Source of the DNA: Candidatus Tectimicrobiota bacterium
GTDB lineage: Bacteria > JACPUC01
Direction of reading: 5' to 3'
DNA length: 64,000 nt
NCBI GenBank assembly: GCA_016192455.1
Contig: JACPUC010000019.1
Location: forward strand, 124,001-188,000
The notes below the pieces were generated by a model. That model was not told where the DNA came from and searched no databases. It saw only the letters and a list, made by a program, of their open reading frames with translations. The stretch's first letter is position 1, and each line of letters starts with the position of its first letter. Shown here in pieces: positions 9,879-21,093 of this stretch. The position numbers were made by a program, and so were the translations under genes.

Positions 9879-12800
9879 ATGCAGCACTACCTGGGCCGCC
9901 CCGCAGCCCTTGTTCGGTCGCTTCTGGTTGTTCTCGCTCTGGCGCCGCTCGGAGGCCTTTGGACCGCATTTCCGGCCTTAGGGCAGGGAACCCTCCAGTT
10001 GCGCGTCGAGCCGGAGGCGCCGCGCGCCGGCGAGACGGTGCGCTTCGAGGTGCAGGGAGCGCCCGCCAGCGGGGTGATCATCGCAGCTTCAACCGCCGGT
10101 AGCGGCCTGGGCGAGCTTTCCGGCCAAACGGTCCTGCTGGGGCCGGATGCGTTCATCCTCTTCAGTGGGAGCACCGAACCGAGCGGCATCTTCCGCGCCA
10201 CGATCGCCATCCCTCCCGGCATCGCCGGCGCCTTCTTCTTCCAGGCCGCCCTGGCGCTGTCGCCGGATTTTGCCAGGCTCCAGCTCTCCAACGGCGCCCA
10301 GGTCAGCATTACCGGGCTCCCCGCTGAACTCGACACGATCTTCCTTCCCCACAACGATGATGACGGCGACGGCATCCCCAACGCCGCAGAGGGGAACGGC
10401 GATGCCGACGGCGACGGCGTGCCGAACTTCCTTGATCCGGATAGTGACGGCGATGGAGTTCCCGACCGCCAATTCGCCCAGCCCGACGGAGTCCTCCTGG
10501 CCGACACGGATGGCGATGGCAGGCCTGATTTCCTCGATCTCGACGACGACGGCGACGGCATCCCGGACAGCAGCGACGAGGAACCTCTGACCCCCCTCGG
10601 CAGCAGCGACTTCCGAACCGCCGAGCGCCTCGTCATCCGTTCGGTCGAGACGCGCGTCTCGGGGCTCGCTCCGGTGCCGGCGGCCCGCGCTGGCGATCTC
10701 ATCGATATTATGGTTGAGACGAGCTTGGCCGGGGACAGCTTTTCGGTCCTGTTCCATGGCGAGGGAGGGGACGGGAGCAATCTGTCGGCGAGGCCGGACG
10801 CCGTGCGCTCGGAGCCGGCGCCTGCCGGCATGCCGCGGGAAGGAGCCCAGCCGTTCCTCCAGCGCCTCAGTGTGCGCGTCCCCGAGGGGGCCCGGACCGG
10901 GCGCGTCCAGGTGCGGCAGGGTTCCCTGCTCTCCGAGCGTGTGGCATTGCAGATCGTCCCCCCTAGCATCCCCCTTCTCATCGACCTCAAGCAATCGAAC
11001 CCTGAAGAACCGTTCGCGGGGTCGGTACCCCTCGACGCCACCTTCACCATCATTGGTGAGGGCTTCAACACCGCCAGGCCCGACACGGTGACGTTCGGAA
11101 GGGAGTCGGGGGGACAGTCCAGCACCGGCGCAAGCGTCAACGCGGACGGCACCGAGCTGACGGTGCGCCTGCTCAGCCGCGCCCTCGGCCCGGACCTGCG
11201 CCTGCTCTGGATCGAGCGCAACGGCCTGGAGAGCAATCGCCTGCTGCTCAATGTCACCCGCACCGTGAGCGGGCGCGTCGAGTTGCCCGCGGGGCTGACG
11301 GTCGAGCTCGGTGGGTTGCGGGTTGAGAGCGGCCTCCTGGCGGCAACCACCCTGGCTGCCGATGGCAGCTTCACGATCCCGGTGCGCGCCGGGGTGCGGC
11401 AGGGCCTCGAGGTGCTTGCCCCGGACGGGAATACCATCCTCTTGGCGTTGGCCGAGGCTGACGAGACGCAGGTGGCGATCACCCCGCTCAGCACCGTCAG
11501 CGCGCAGCTCGCCCGCGCGCTGCTGATCGAAACCTCCCTTGAGGCGGCAAGCGTGAGGGAGGGCCTCAGGATCATCACCGCGCTGCCGGAAGTTGCCGCG
11601 GCCGCGGCAGTGCTGGGACAACGCCTGGCGGCGAACCCCAGCGTCCTGAAGGACTTCGACGCGGACTACCGCAGTGCCTTCGCCGCTGCCTTGCAGGCCG
11701 CCGACAGCGCCCTGGTGGCGGCGCGGAACGCGGGCACCATCCGCATCAAAAGGCAGCGCGCGACGCATAAAGATGTGGCCACGGTGCTGCCGCAGCCGGA
11801 ACAGTTCGACATCATGATCTCAGAAACGCCGTCGAACCCCGGAAACCTGACCGCCGAGAACGATTCGCAGCTCTTCCTCAGTGTCAAGATGACCGCTCTG
11901 GAGAACGAGCAGGTCCTGCAACCTCACATCCTCACCCTCTTCGATCCCCGCATGGTGGAGCCCCAGGGGGCCGGCCTGCTGCTCATCGCCTCGACCGTGG
12001 CCTTCACGCAGCCGAAGAGCCGCAATGCTCTCGTAGAGGTGTTGACCGGCGGCCTCTTCGCCGGCCGGGAGTCGACGCCGCAGCAGCGCCGCGTCAACGC
12101 CACTCTCCGCCTGCGCTTCGCCCTCGAGCGTATGCTCACGCCGCTGGTCAACCTCATCCTCGATACCATCCTCATCAAGGATGTCGTCGTCCCCGGCTCC
12201 ACCCACACCGTTGCCGCCATCATCAACAACCACGGCAGCGACGTGATGAACGAGCTGCTCGACTTCGCCTTCGAGAACGACACCATCGTGGACCTCTTCC
12301 TCTTCGCCGCGGACCTGTTGCGCCGGGACGCTCTGCAACTCCCGCCCGGCCCGATCACCACGGCTCTCGTGACGTCGCTGCTGAAAGGGAAGAGCGGCGC
12401 CGCGCTCTCCGCCCTCGTCGGGAAGGTCTCCAGTCGCCTGGCATCGTACCTCTCCGGCCTTGAAGCGGTGCAGACCGGCTTCAGCATCGCCGATAGCGCC
12501 CTGGGGTTCGGGAAGGCGGTCACCGACGCGTTTACCACCCCGGCAATCATCGAGTTTGAGGTGAGTTTCGGTCAGCCTCGGGTGGAGTCAGTGGAGCCGG
12601 GCTGCGTGGTGGCCAACCAGACGGAGGTCCGCCTGCTAGCGCGGGGCAGCAACTTCCGCCTTGAAGGGACGGGAACGGACCCGCGGCTGGTCTTCATCTT
12701 CGACGTTGCCGCGCCTGGGGGAACGGCGCGGCGCGAGGTGACGACGAACGCCGGCGCCAACGGCCAGATCACCTTCATTGACCCGCAGGGGAATCTAGCC

Positions 12801-14234
12801 CTGGTGACGCTCCGCACCACCGCAGGCGAGCCGTTCGTCCGCGGCCCGATCCGGGCGCGTTTCGGTCCGACGGCGGAACCGGGGACGAGCTCCGCGGTGC
12901 TCGACGTCGTAGAGAATCCCACCCTCGGCGTCGTGGCGCCCGAGCGCGTGCGCCGGGGCGAGCTGGTGCGCCTCTCCGGCTGCGGGTTCTCCCCGGTGCT
13001 GGCGGAGAACGAGGCGACCTTCACCGATGCCGACGGCACCACGGCGAGCGTCAGGCCGACCCAGCTCAGCGAGGAAGGGACTTTCCTGACGGCGCGCGTC
13101 CCCGAGAACCTTGCCGCCGGGCCCGCCGAGGTGAGGGTGGCGCGCACGAGCGCCGGCGAGACGCGCACCTCGAACTCCTTGGGACTCCTCATCGATGCGA
13201 TCTCGTTCTTGCTGCAGCTCCCGGCCACGATCCAGCCCAGCCAAGGCTTTCGGATGACGGTGAGCGCCGTTGACAGCGCCCGCGAGCCGCTGACCGATTT
13301 CAACGAGTCGGTCACTCTCCAGCTCTCCAGCAGCCCTGACTACCCACCGCCAAGCGGCCGCTTGGCCGTCTCGGAGCTGGCGAGTGGCGGCTGGGTGAAT
13401 GGGGTGTTCACCATCGCCGCGCAGAGCTACGACGGGAATGAGGAATCGTATCCGTTGATCGTCACCGCGGTGCGCCGCCGCGACCCGCGGGACCGCGGCC
13501 AAGGGACGACGGCCATCAGCGGAGTGCAGCTCTTCATCGTCGGGCGTGGCAGTTTGGAGACGACCGACCGGGGCGCGAGCTACACCCTCATCGAGACCAG
13601 CAGCAGGACCTTGATCGAGCGCAATACTGACCTGGGCAGTCCCGCGCCGCTGCATCGCTCCTCCGCCGGTATCCTGCAGATCAGCGGCAGGCGCGACGTC
13701 CCGGCCCCCTTGCCAGCGGGAATTACGCGGCTCCTGTTCCGGGGGACTTTCCTGCGCTCCACCACCTGTGGCCTCGGCACGACCCAGGAGGGCCTGAGGG
13801 CGCGTATTGCCGCCATCACCGGGTCAGACACCACCCCTGAGGAGGCGGCCCCGCTCGTCTGCACCGCGCCGGTGCGGTTCATGGTCGATACGCACGGCTC
13901 ACGCCCCACCTCCACACCGCGGGGCAGCACCGCGGTGAGCGTCCCTGCGTTGCGCATCCGCGTGCCGGCGGATTTCCGAGAAGGCGCCGCCCAGTTCATC
14001 AGCGCCTCCCTGAGCGACCGCCAATTCAGGACCCTCCCCTTCATCGCACCGGTCGCGGTGCCGCCGTTGGACCAGAATGGTGAGCTGTTCGTCAGCATCT
14101 ATGCCGATCCGGCCACCTTCCCTGAGATCGACGCCCTCCCTTCCGCCCTTGGAACCCCTGCCCTCCCCTTCGTGGTCTTTCACGGTGTCAGCGCCAGCAT
14201 CGGGATTGACCTGGAAGTCATTGGCCTGAGATAA
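9879..14234 (+). CDS. Large secreted/surface protein with thrombospondin type-3-like DxDxDG calcium-binding repeats and IPT/TIG-like Ig domains
   Basis: N-terminal hydrophobic signal (..PALG-Q); five D-x-D-G-D-G repeats; beta-rich segments such as FTIIGEGFN and [15 protein letters not shown] typical of IPT/TIG. Confidence 0.7.
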   Translation: MQHYLGRPAALVRSLLVVLALAPLGGLWTAFPALGQGTLQLRVEPEAPRAGETVRFEVQGAPASGVIIAASTAGSGLGELSGQTVLLGPDAFILFSGSTEPSGIFRATIAIPPGIAGAFFFQAALALSPDFARLQLSNGAQVSITGLPAELDTIFLPHNDDDGDGIPNAAEGNGDADGDGVPNFLDPDSDGDGVPDRQFAQPDGVLLADTDGDGRPDFLDLDDDGDGIPDSSDEEPLTPLGSSDFRTAERLVIRSVETRVSGLAPVPAARAGDLIDIMVETSLAGDSFSVLFHGEGGDGSNLSARPDAVRSEPAPAGMPREGAQPFLQRLSVRVPEGARTGRVQVRQGSLLSERVALQIVPPSIPLLIDLKQSNPEEPFAGSVPLDATFTIIGEGFNTARPDTVTFGRESGGQSSTGASVNADGTELTVRLLSRALGPDLRLLWIERNGLESNRLLLNVTRTVSGRVELPAGLTVELGGLRVESGLLAATTLAADGSFTIPVRAGVRQGLEVLAPDGNTILLALAEADETQVAITPLSTVSAQLARALLIETSLEAASVREGLRIITALPEVAAAAAVLGQRLAANPSVLKDFDADYRSAFAAALQAADSALVAARNAGTIRIKRQRATHKDVATVLPQPEQFDIMISETPSNPGNLTAENDSQLFLSVKMTALENEQVLQPHILTLFDPRMVEPQGAGLLLIASTVAFTQPKSRNALVEVLTGGLFAGRESTPQQRRVNATLRLRFALERMLTPLVNLILDTILIKDVVVPGSTHTVAAIINNHGSDVMNELLDFAFENDTIVDLFLFAADLLRRDALQLPPGPITTALVTSLLKGKSGAALSALVGKVSSRLASYLSGLEAVQTGFSIADSALGFGKAVTDAFTTPAIIEFEVSFGQPRVESVEPGCVVANQTEVRLLARGSNFRLEGTGTDPRLVFIFDVAAPGGTARREVTTNAGANGQITFIDPQGNLALVTLRTTAGEPFVRGPIRARFGPTAEPGTSSAVLDVVENPTLGVVAPERVRRGELVRLSGCGFSPVLAENEATFTDADGTTASVRPTQLSEEGTFLTARVPENLAAGPAEVRVARTSAGETRTSNSLGLLIDAISFLLQLPATIQPSQGFRMTVSAVDSAREPLTDFNESVTLQLSSSPDYPPPSGRLAVSELASGGWVNGVFTIAAQSYDGNEESYPLIVTAVRRRDPRDRGQGTTAISGVQLFIVGRGSLETTDRGASYTLIETSSRTLIERNTDLGSPAPLHRSSAGILQISGRRDVPAPLPAGITRLLFRGTFLRSTTCGLGTTQEGLRARIAAITGSDTTPEEAAPLVCTAPVRFMVDTHGSRPTSTPRGSTAVSVPALRIRVPADFREGAAQFISASLSDRQFRTLPFIAPVAVPPLDQNGELFVSIYADPATFPEIDALPSALGTPALPFVVFHGVSASIGIDLEVIGLR
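10356..10590 (+). repeat. Tandem Asp-rich DxDGDG(I/V/R)P(N/D) repeats inside the large secreted protein
   Basis: [45 protein letters not shown]; boundaries approximate. Confidence 0.8.
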
Positions 14235-14517
14235 CACCACAACGGAGAGCACCATCGAACCACCCGGCAGGTCCTCTCCCTGCTCGGCAGCGGGCCGGAA
14301 GACCCCACCTCCTCTTCGCGGGCGAGCGCTCGTGCTCATGCTGATCCCGACCGGCGCCGAGGCCCGATCATTCAAGGCGTGGCGAGGAGGAGCAGAGGAG
14401 CAGCGCAGGCAAGATTCACCTGAGCCGGGACTCGGAGGAGAGCCTGAGATAGGTATCTGGATGACTGCAACTTCGCTGGAGAACTACGACGCTGAAGTGA
14501 AGCTCTGCGGCCTGACA

Positions 14518-15264
14518 CTATGCGATGGCGGGTTCGGCGGGACAAGCGCGTTCGATGAGCTGGACCATCTCGGTGACGGCTCGTTCAAAGCCGACGAAGA
14601 TGGAGCGGGCGACGATGCTGTGGCCGATGTTGAGCTCCTCGATCCCCGGCAATGCGGCCACCGCGGAGACGTTCCGGTACGTTAAACCATGCCCGGCGTG
14701 CACGATGAGCCCCTCCCGATTGGCCATCTGCAGCGCTTCGGCGAGGAGGTCACGGCTGCGCCGCTGCTCCTCGGCGGTGGCGCTTTCGGCGTAGGCGGCG
14801 GTGTTGAGCTCGACCGCTTCGGCGCCCGTCTGCCGGGCGGCCTTGATCTGCTCGCTGCGCGGATCGATGAACAGGCTGACAAGGAGACCCGCCGCCTGGA
14901 GCCGCGCCACGGCGTTGCGGATGAGCGCTTCCTGGCCGGCGACATCGAGGCCGCCTTCCGTGGTCACCTCCTGGCGGCGCTCGGGCACCAACGTCCCCTG
15001 AGTTGGTCGCGTCGCCTCCGCCAGCTCCAACATCGCCGCGACAGGCGCCAGCTCCAGATTGAGCTTGATCTTGATGAGCTGGCGCAGGGTCAGGAGGTCG
15101 CGGTCCTGCACGTGGCGGCGATCCTCCCGCACGTGCAGGGTGATGCCGGCGACGCCCGGACAGAGCTCGGCGATCACGGCGGCATAGACGGGGTCGGGCT
15201 CAATGGCCCGGCGCGCCTGCCGCACGGTGGCGACGTGGTCGATGTTAACGCAGAGTTTTGCCAC
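14518..15264 (-). CDS. pdxJ: Pyridoxine 5'-phosphate synthase
   Basis: LCVNIDHVATVRQAR, HVREDRRH, LVPE..EVTTEGGLD, HAGHGL, ELNIGHSI; GTG start after GGAGGAG. Confidence 0.96.
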   Translation of the reverse strand: MAKLCVNIDHVATVRQARRAIEPDPVYAAVIAELCPGVAGITLHVREDRRHVQDRDLLTLRQLIKIKLNLELAPVAAMLELAEATRPTQGTLVPERRQEVTTEGGLDVAGQEALIRNAVARLQAAGLLVSLFIDPRSEQIKAARQTGAEAVELNTAAYAESATAEEQRRSRDLLAEALQMANREGLIVHAGHGLTYRNVSAVAALPGIEELNIGHSIVARSIFVGFERAVTEMVQLIERACPAEPAIA

Positions 15265-16531
15265 CCCGCTCCTCCCGCGGCTTCGCAGGCGCCGGGGAAA
15301 GGCCGGCGTCGCCGGGACCCTCGGCGCTGCCGCGGCGGATCGCATCAACCACCCGCGCCGCCTGCTTCACCTCGCGCACGTCATGCACCCGCACGATCCG
15401 CGCGCCCTGCTGGATGCTCATGGCGACCGCCGCCAGCGTGCCGATCAGCCGCTCCTCCGCCGGCACCCCCAGGAGCTGCCCCAGGAACGCCTTGCGCGAC
15501 ACCCCGATAAGGATCGGCTTGCGCAGCACCTTCAAGATGTGCAGATGCTTGATGAGCTGCAGGTTGTGGTCCGTCGTCTTGCCGAAACCGATGCCTGGAT
15601 CGACGATCATCTGGCTCGGGGGAATGCCCCGCTCCGCCGCATCCTCGCAGCGGCCTCGCAGCTCCGCCATGACCTCGCCAAGGAGGTCCTCGTAGCAGGG
15701 GTTCTCCTGCATGGTCGTGGGGACGCCCCGGATGTGGCTGATGATGACACCGACATCGTAGCGCGCCACATCGGCGGCCAGGTGCGAGTCAAAGGAGAGG
15801 CCGCTGATATCGTTGATCAGGTCGACCCCGGCGTCCAGCACCTGCTTGGCCACCTCCGCCTTGTAGGTATCGACGGAGATCGGCACGGACGCCTCCTTGA
15901 CGAGGCGCTCCACAACCGGCAGGACGCGGCTGAGCTCCTCCTCGGTGCCGACGGGATCGGCGCCGGGCCGCGTTGACTCGCCCCCCACGTCGATGATGTC
16001 CGCTCCCTCGTCCTCCATGCGCAGCCCGGCCTCAACGGCGGCGCCTGGATCCAGGTAGCAGTTCCCCTGGTAGAAGGAGTCGGTGGTGACGTTAATGACC
16101 CCCATGATGTGGGTATGGCTGGCGAGGGAGAGGATGTGTCGGCCGCAGCGAATCTCCGCCGGCTCCCAAGCGTAGGCTTCAAGCGCCTCGCCCATCTGGG
16201 CTGCCAGCTTGCTCAGTTCGAAGGCGGTGTTCTTGCGGAGGCGTCCAACGAGCGCGTGAAGCTGGCGCGTAGTCCCCATGACAAGGACGTCGGAGCGCTC
16301 CACGGAGCAGTTCACCACCCCATCGGCCACGGCCACGTCGCCGCCGAGCGACAGCATCTCTTGTTTCATGATGTTCGCCGCCGGGCTGCGCACCCCGTGC
16401 AGCTTCACGCCCTGGAAGATGGCCTTCACGGCCAGGATCGGCAGGCCGCGCTGCTCCACGTTGATCTGGCGGAGGAGATCGAGGATCTCGGCCTCATCGT
16501 GAAGCTGATGAACGAGAGGGTTGAATGACAT
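15245..16531 (-). CDS. folP: Dihydropteroate synthase with N-terminal extension
   Basis: IMGVINVTTDSF, DVGGESTRPG, SVDTYK, NDISG, VDPGIGFGK, GVSRK, RVHDV. Confidence 0.95.
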   Translation of the reverse strand: MSFNPLVHQLHDEAEILDLLRQINVEQRGLPILAVKAIFQGVKLHGVRSPAANIMKQEMLSLGGDVAVADGVVNCSVERSDVLVMGTTRQLHALVGRLRKNTAFELSKLAAQMGEALEAYAWEPAEIRCGRHILSLASHTHIMGVINVTTDSFYQGNCYLDPGAAVEAGLRMEDEGADIIDVGGESTRPGADPVGTEEELSRVLPVVERLVKEASVPISVDTYKAEVAKQVLDAGVDLINDISGLSFDSHLAADVARYDVGVIISHIRGVPTTMQENPCYEDLLGEVMAELRGRCEDAAERGIPPSQMIVDPGIGFGKTTDHNLQLIKHLHILKVLRKPILIGVSRKAFLGQLLGVPAEERLIGTLAAVAMSIQQGARIVRVHDVREVKQAARVVDAIRRGSAEGPGDAGLSPAPAKPREERGGKTLR

Positions 16532-16773
16532 GCATTCCCCCACGCCGAGGAGGGCGCGAGATCGACAGCCCTTGCCGGCATCAGTCAGGAAAGCTGGAGA
16601 GCGTCACCCGCCACAGGGCAGACTCTGCGGTTTCAGGAGAGCACACGCATCGACCCAGGTCGTTCGAAATTTTGCCCCACGGCCTCTTGCGCGCCGGCCG
16701 CTGCTCCGGGAGCCTCGATCATCCCCGAGGCGCTGGCGCGAGCCGCGGGCAAAGTAGCACCCCCAAGCGCCGC

Positions 16774-18600
16774 TCAGGCAGAAAGGAGCTCCGCTTCCTT
16801 CGTCAGGCGGGGACCACTCTGCTCCACGATCTCGTCGATCTCCGAACCGTTCAGGATTTCCCGATCGAGCAGGGTCTTGGCGACAGTGTGCAAGGTGTCG
16901 AGGTTTTCCCGCAATAGATGCTTGGCGCGATGGTAATTCTCCAGCACCAGCTCCTTGATCTCGTTGTCGATGGAGACGGCCGTCTCCTCGCTGTAGTCCT
17001 GATGCCGGGACAGCTCGCGCCCCAAAAAGATCATCTCCTCGCGCTTGCCGAAGGCGAGGGGTCCCAAGCGCTCGCTCATGCCCCACTCGCAGACCATCTT
17101 GCGCGCCAGCTCGGTGGCCTTCTCGATGTCGTTGCCGGCGCCCGTGGTGAGCTGATTGAAGATGATCTCCTCGGCGGCGCGGCCGCCCATGAGGACGGCG
17201 ATGCTGTTGAGGAGGTGTTCGCGGTGCAGGTTGTGGCGCTCATCGATGGGGAGCTGCTGCGTCACCCCCATCGCCATGCCGCGCGGAATGATCGTCACCT
17301 TGTGAATCGGGTCGGTGCCCGGGATGAGCTTGGCGACGAGGGCGTGTCCGGCTTCGTGGTAGGCCGTAGTGCGCTTCTCCTCCTCGGTGATGATCATGCT
17401 GCGCCGCTCGGTCCCCATCATGACCTTGTCCTTGGAGGCCTCGAAGTCGTCCATCTCGACGAACTTCTTGTTCTGCCGCGCCGCCAACAGGGCCGCTTCG
17501 TTCACCAGGTTGGCGAGGTCGGCGCCCGCGAAGCCGGGGGTGCCGCGGGCAATCGTATGCAGGTCGACCGATTTGTCGAGCGGCACGTCGCGCACGTGCA
17601 CGTTGAGGATGCCCAGCCGGCCGGTGACGTCGGGCAGGGGCACCACCACCTGCCGGTCGAAGCGCCCCGGCCGCAGAAGGGCGGGATCAAGCACGTCGGG
17701 ACGGTTCGTGGCGGCGATCAGGATCACGCCCTCGTTCACCTCGAAGCCATCCATTTCGACGAGAAGCTGGTTCAGCGTCTGCTCGCGCTCGTCGTGCCCG
17801 CCACCCAGGCCGGCGCCTCGATAGCGCCCCACCGCGTCAATCTCATCCATGAAGATGATGCAAGGGGCGTGCTTCTTCCCCTGTTCGAAAAGGTCACGCA
17901 CGCGAGAGGCGCCCACCCCCACGAACATCTCCACGAAATCCGAGCCGCTGATGCTGAAGAAGGGCACATCCGCCTCTCCCGCGATGGCTCGCGCCAGGAG
18001 CGTTTTGCCCGTCCCCGGCGCCCCCACCAGCAGGCAGCCCTTGGGGATTTTCCCGCCCAGGCGTTTGAACTTCTGGGGGTCGCGGAGGTACTCGATGATC
18101 TCCTGCAGCTCCTCCTTCGCTTCGTCGATGCCGGCTACGTCCTTGAACGTCACCTTCTTCTTGTTCTCCGACTGGAGACGCGCCCTGCTCTTCCCAAACG
18201 ACAGGGCCTTGCTGCCGCCTGTTTGCATCTGGCGCATGAAGAAAATCCAGATTCCCAACAGCAGGAGCATCGGGAACCAGGAGAGGAGGAGGTTCATCAA
18301 CCAGGAGTTCTGCTCCGGCGGCTCGGCCTTGATCCGCACTCCGAACTTGCGCAGCGTGGGAATCAGCTCGGGGTCGGTGGGAGCGTAGGTCTTGAAGCGC
18401 TCCCCACTCTGATAGCTGCCATGAATCGACTCCCCCCGGATGGTGACGCTGCGCACCTGCTTGCTTTCGACCGCGGCGATGAACTCGCTGAAGTCGATCT
18501 CCCGCGAGGTGGGCTGGGTTCGATTGAAGAGGTTGAACAGCCCGATCATCACGAGCCCAATGACGATCCAGAGGGCCAGGTTTTTGTAGAACTGATTCAA
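16774..18600 (-). CDS. ftsH: ATP-dependent zinc metalloprotease FtsH
   Basis: Two TM helices, GAPGTGKT Walker A, IIFMDE Walker B, RPGRFDR SRH, HEAGH; TTG start after AGGAG. Confidence 0.98.
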   Translation of the reverse strand: MNQFYKNLALWIVIGLVMIGLFNLFNRTQPTSREIDFSEFIAAVESKQVRSVTIRGESIHGSYQSGERFKTYAPTDPELIPTLRKFGVRIKAEPPEQNSWLMNLLLSWFPMLLLLGIWIFFMRQMQTGGSKALSFGKSRARLQSENKKKVTFKDVAGIDEAKEELQEIIEYLRDPQKFKRLGGKIPKGCLLVGAPGTGKTLLARAIAGEADVPFFSISGSDFVEMFVGVGASRVRDLFEQGKKHAPCIIFMDEIDAVGRYRGAGLGGGHDEREQTLNQLLVEMDGFEVNEGVILIAATNRPDVLDPALLRPGRFDRQVVVPLPDVTGRLGILNVHVRDVPLDKSVDLHTIARGTPGFAGADLANLVNEAALLAARQNKKFVEMDDFEASKDKVMMGTERRSMIITEEEKRTTAYHEAGHALVAKLIPGTDPIHKVTIIPRGMAMGVTQQLPIDERHNLHREHLLNSIAVLMGGRAAEEIIFNQLTTGAGNDIEKATELARKMVCEWGMSERLGPLAFGKREEMIFLGRELSRHQDYSEETAVSIDNEIKELVLENYHRAKHLLRENLDTLHTVAKTLLDREILNGSEIDEIVEQSGPRLTKEAELLSA

Positions 18601-18705
18601 GGGAGACTCCTTGTCTCAGGGAGTTGGAGGGTCACCCCGGAGAAGCCTGGAAACAGACGAGGATGACGAATCCGTTAATGTTACTAAATGGTTACAGTTA
18701 TATCT

Positions 18706-18734
18706 AGTATAATCTTCTGGACCAGAGCTGACAA
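18706..18734 (-). promoter_or_regulatory. Putative sigma-70 promoter for ftsH
   Basis: TTGTCA-N17-TATACT in an AT-rich patch. Confidence 0.6.
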
Positions 18735-18834
18735 CGTGAACGCCGCCGGCCGCCCGTCGTTGGGGACGTGGCGGGCGCGCCGCTCGGCAGAGTACACTCC
18801 CCCTTGCATCGCCGCGCCCCTCGCGCACCTCCCT

Positions 18835-20313
18835 TCACGTTAGATACCTCCGCGCTGGTGACGTTCCCCTTTCCTCCTCGCCCTCGGCGTCGAGATAGGA
18901 CAGGTTGATGGCCTGCTGGGTGCCTGGCGTGATGCGATAGGCATGGTGCAGACGACCGCCGACCACCCAGATGATCGTCTCGTCATCAATGACGAGGGGG
19001 ATGCGGTCGCGCGCATGGCGCGGCACTTTGTCGTTGATGAACAGCTCCTTGAGACTCACCGTCCCCTGCATGCCGAGGGGCTGGATGCGATCGCCGGGCC
19101 GCCGCGTGCGCACCCGCAGACCGCCCCGCACCTGCGCCTGATCAATCCACGCCTCGTGTCGGCCAGGCGGGACCGAGGAAAACTGGGGTCGCGGCTCGCG
19201 GCGAAAATCCACCAGCCGCGACTGCAGGCGGCCGTGCGGAAGCTCCACGGCGCCGGGAACCGGCAAGGGGCAGGGTTGAGCCGGCGCTCCCGCTGACGGC
19301 GCCGGCCGCCACCAGATATCCCCCGCGGCGCGCCAGACGCGCATCCCCCCCGGCAGATCGCAGCCCCCGCTCCAGCTCGCAGGCTCGGCGTTGATGAGCC
19401 GTCGCACCGCCTGCACATGCGCCGCGCCGCAGGACGCCTCGGGGGCCGATAACGAGGCGAAGCACCAGAGGATGACGCGGTTGAGGACAGCCAGCGGCAG
19501 GTGCCGCAGCGCCGCGACCGGCAAGGAGAGCCCCTGGCGTGGATCGCCGCGGACGAGCTGCTGGACCGCCGTCAGCGTGTGCCAGGAGAGGAACTCCTCG
19601 TCGATCTGGCTGATCTGGGCCAGCTCGAGCAGCCGCTGCCGCACTTTCGGCTGGTACTCCCGCTCGAGGAGGGGCAGGAGGTGGTGGCGGATGCGGTTGC
19701 GCAGGTAGTGCGGCAGCGCGTTGCTGGGGTCTTCGAGGAAGGGGATGCCGCGGGCCTGCAGGTAGGCGAGAATCGCCGCCCGACGCTCACCCAGGAGCGG
19801 ACGGATCAGACCGTCCTTGCCGCGTGGCTGCATGGCGCGCAGCCCGCGCAGCCCGGTGCCGCGCAACAGGCGAAGCAGCACCGTCTCCGCCTGATCATCG
19901 GCGTTGTGTCCCACCGCAAGCTTCTGCGCCTGGTAGAGCTTTTGGACGCCGCGCAGCGCCTGGTAGCGGAGGGTGCGCGCGGCCACCTGCGGCGAGCACC
20001 TGTGAATCCTGCGGAAGGCTGGGGCGTCCACGGTTTCGACCACGCAGGGTGCGCCGCAGCGGGCAGCGTGCTCCGCCACGAAGGTTGCTTCCCGCTCCGC
20101 CGCAGCAGGACGGAAGCCGTGTGTGACGTGCGCCACCACCAGGCGCAGATCGTACTCCTGGCGTAGGCCGGCGAGGAATTCGAGCAGGGCCATCGAGTCC
20201 GGCCCGCCGGAGACCGCCACGATCACCGTCTCGCCTGGGACGAGAAGGCGTTCAGCGCGCACCAGGGCTGTCGCTGCGGGGAGCGCTGGCAGGGACGAAG
20301 GGCGAGGCGCCAT
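18835..20313 (-). CDS. tilS: tRNA(Ile)-lysidine synthase
   Basis: AVSGGPDS PP-loop, ARTLRY, GHNADDQAET, RPLL, DPSN, RNRIR, C-terminal RRPGD; start uncertain. Confidence 0.95.
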   Translation of the reverse strand: MAPRPSSLPALPAATALVRAERLLVPGETVIVAVSGGPDSMALLEFLAGLRQEYDLRLVVAHVTHGFRPAAAEREATFVAEHAARCGAPCVVETVDAPAFRRIHRCSPQVAARTLRYQALRGVQKLYQAQKLAVGHNADDQAETVLLRLLRGTGLRGLRAMQPRGKDGLIRPLLGERRAAILAYLQARGIPFLEDPSNALPHYLRNRIRHHLLPLLEREYQPKVRQRLLELAQISQIDEEFLSWHTLTAVQQLVRGDPRQGLSLPVAALRHLPLAVLNRVILWCFASLSAPEASCGAAHVQAVRRLINAEPASWSGGCDLPGGMRVWRAAGDIWWRPAPSAGAPAQPCPLPVPGAVELPHGRLQSRLVDFRREPRPQFSSVPPGRHEAWIDQAQVRGGLRVRTRRPGDRIQPLGMQGTVSLKELFINDKVPRHARDRIPLVIDDETIIWVVGGRLHHAYRITPGTQQAINLSYLDAEGEEERGTSPARRYLT

Positions 20314-20462
20314 TTTAGGGGAACGCTTCGCTGCGGGGAGAGGACCGTGCAGGGGAGACCGAGCCTCGGCTTCCGCCCGGTCGCGGCCGGCGTGAACCGC
20401 CACGACCTGGAAGCGCGCACAGCGCCACACGACGAGGAGGGGTTTGCTTGAGCCGATGAACT

Positions 20463-20539
20463 TGGTGGCGGTGCAGGGACTCGAACCCCGGACACTGCGG
20501 ATATGAGCCGCATGCTCTAACCGACTGAGCTACACCGCC
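20463..20539 (-). tRNA. tRNA-Met (CAT), probably elongator
   Basis: GGCGGTGTAGCTCAG...GCGG-CTCATAT-CCGC...GGTTCGAGTCC...CACCGCC-ACCA; 77 nt cloverleaf with encoded CCA. Confidence 0.93.
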
Positions 20540-20751
20540 ACGCCTGCCGTTGCGCTCCGCACCAGCCGCGACGGGTGCGGCGCCGGCGGACCCCTCCCCC
20601 CTTCCGCCGCGTCGCCAACGAGACACCGCGGTAGGGGCCGGCGCGCTGCCACCGCGCTTCTTCCCTTGCTGCCTCGCCGCAGCCATGGAGGAAGCCACCT
20701 GCTCCACCCGCCGCGCTTCAACCAACGCGGCGGAGAGGCGCGATCCTCTCA

Positions 20752-20910
20752 CTATGGCAGTTTCCAGGGTCGGAACATCGCGAGCAGGAACATTGCCGCC
20801 ATGAGGTAGAAGAAAGGCGCCAGTTGCTTGCTTGCCCAAGAGGCGCCAAGCCAGAGGGCGAGCGCACCGAGGAGAAGGTAGAGAACGATTTCAGCCACCC
20901 GGCGATGCAT
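20752..20910 (-). CDS. Small hypothetical membrane protein (52 aa, two hydrophobic helices)
   Basis: MHRRVAEIVLYLLLGALALWLGASWASKQLAPFFYLMAAMFLLAMFRPWKLP*, GGAG upstream; below the ORF-track length cutoff. Confidence 0.55.
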   Translation of the reverse strand: MHRRVAEIVLYLLLGALALWLGASWASKQLAPFFYLMAAMFLLAMFRPWKLP

Positions 20911-21093
20911 GACGCTCCATGATCATTTCGTGCAATCGGCGTGGGGTCACGACACAGCACCGGGCGTTTACAACGTCCCCTCCCGCCTCGCGAAGAGGAT
21001 CGCGGACGGTCTGGCCGGAGCGCCGGCGTCGTCTTTCGGGCAGGCGCAGTGGCGCGGCCAGGCGCGCCACTCGGCGCTCTTCCCTGCCGGAGG

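Noticed and set aside
14235-14517. ORF 14332..14685 or an acpS remnant downstream of the large gene
   Set aside because: No AcpS motifs (G.D, KEA) recognised; ORF runs antisense into pdxJ
16150-16531. N-terminal extension of FolP as a novel domain
   Set aside because: Extended FolP proteins with an A.I.KQEMLS.GGD-type segment are already known from several phyla
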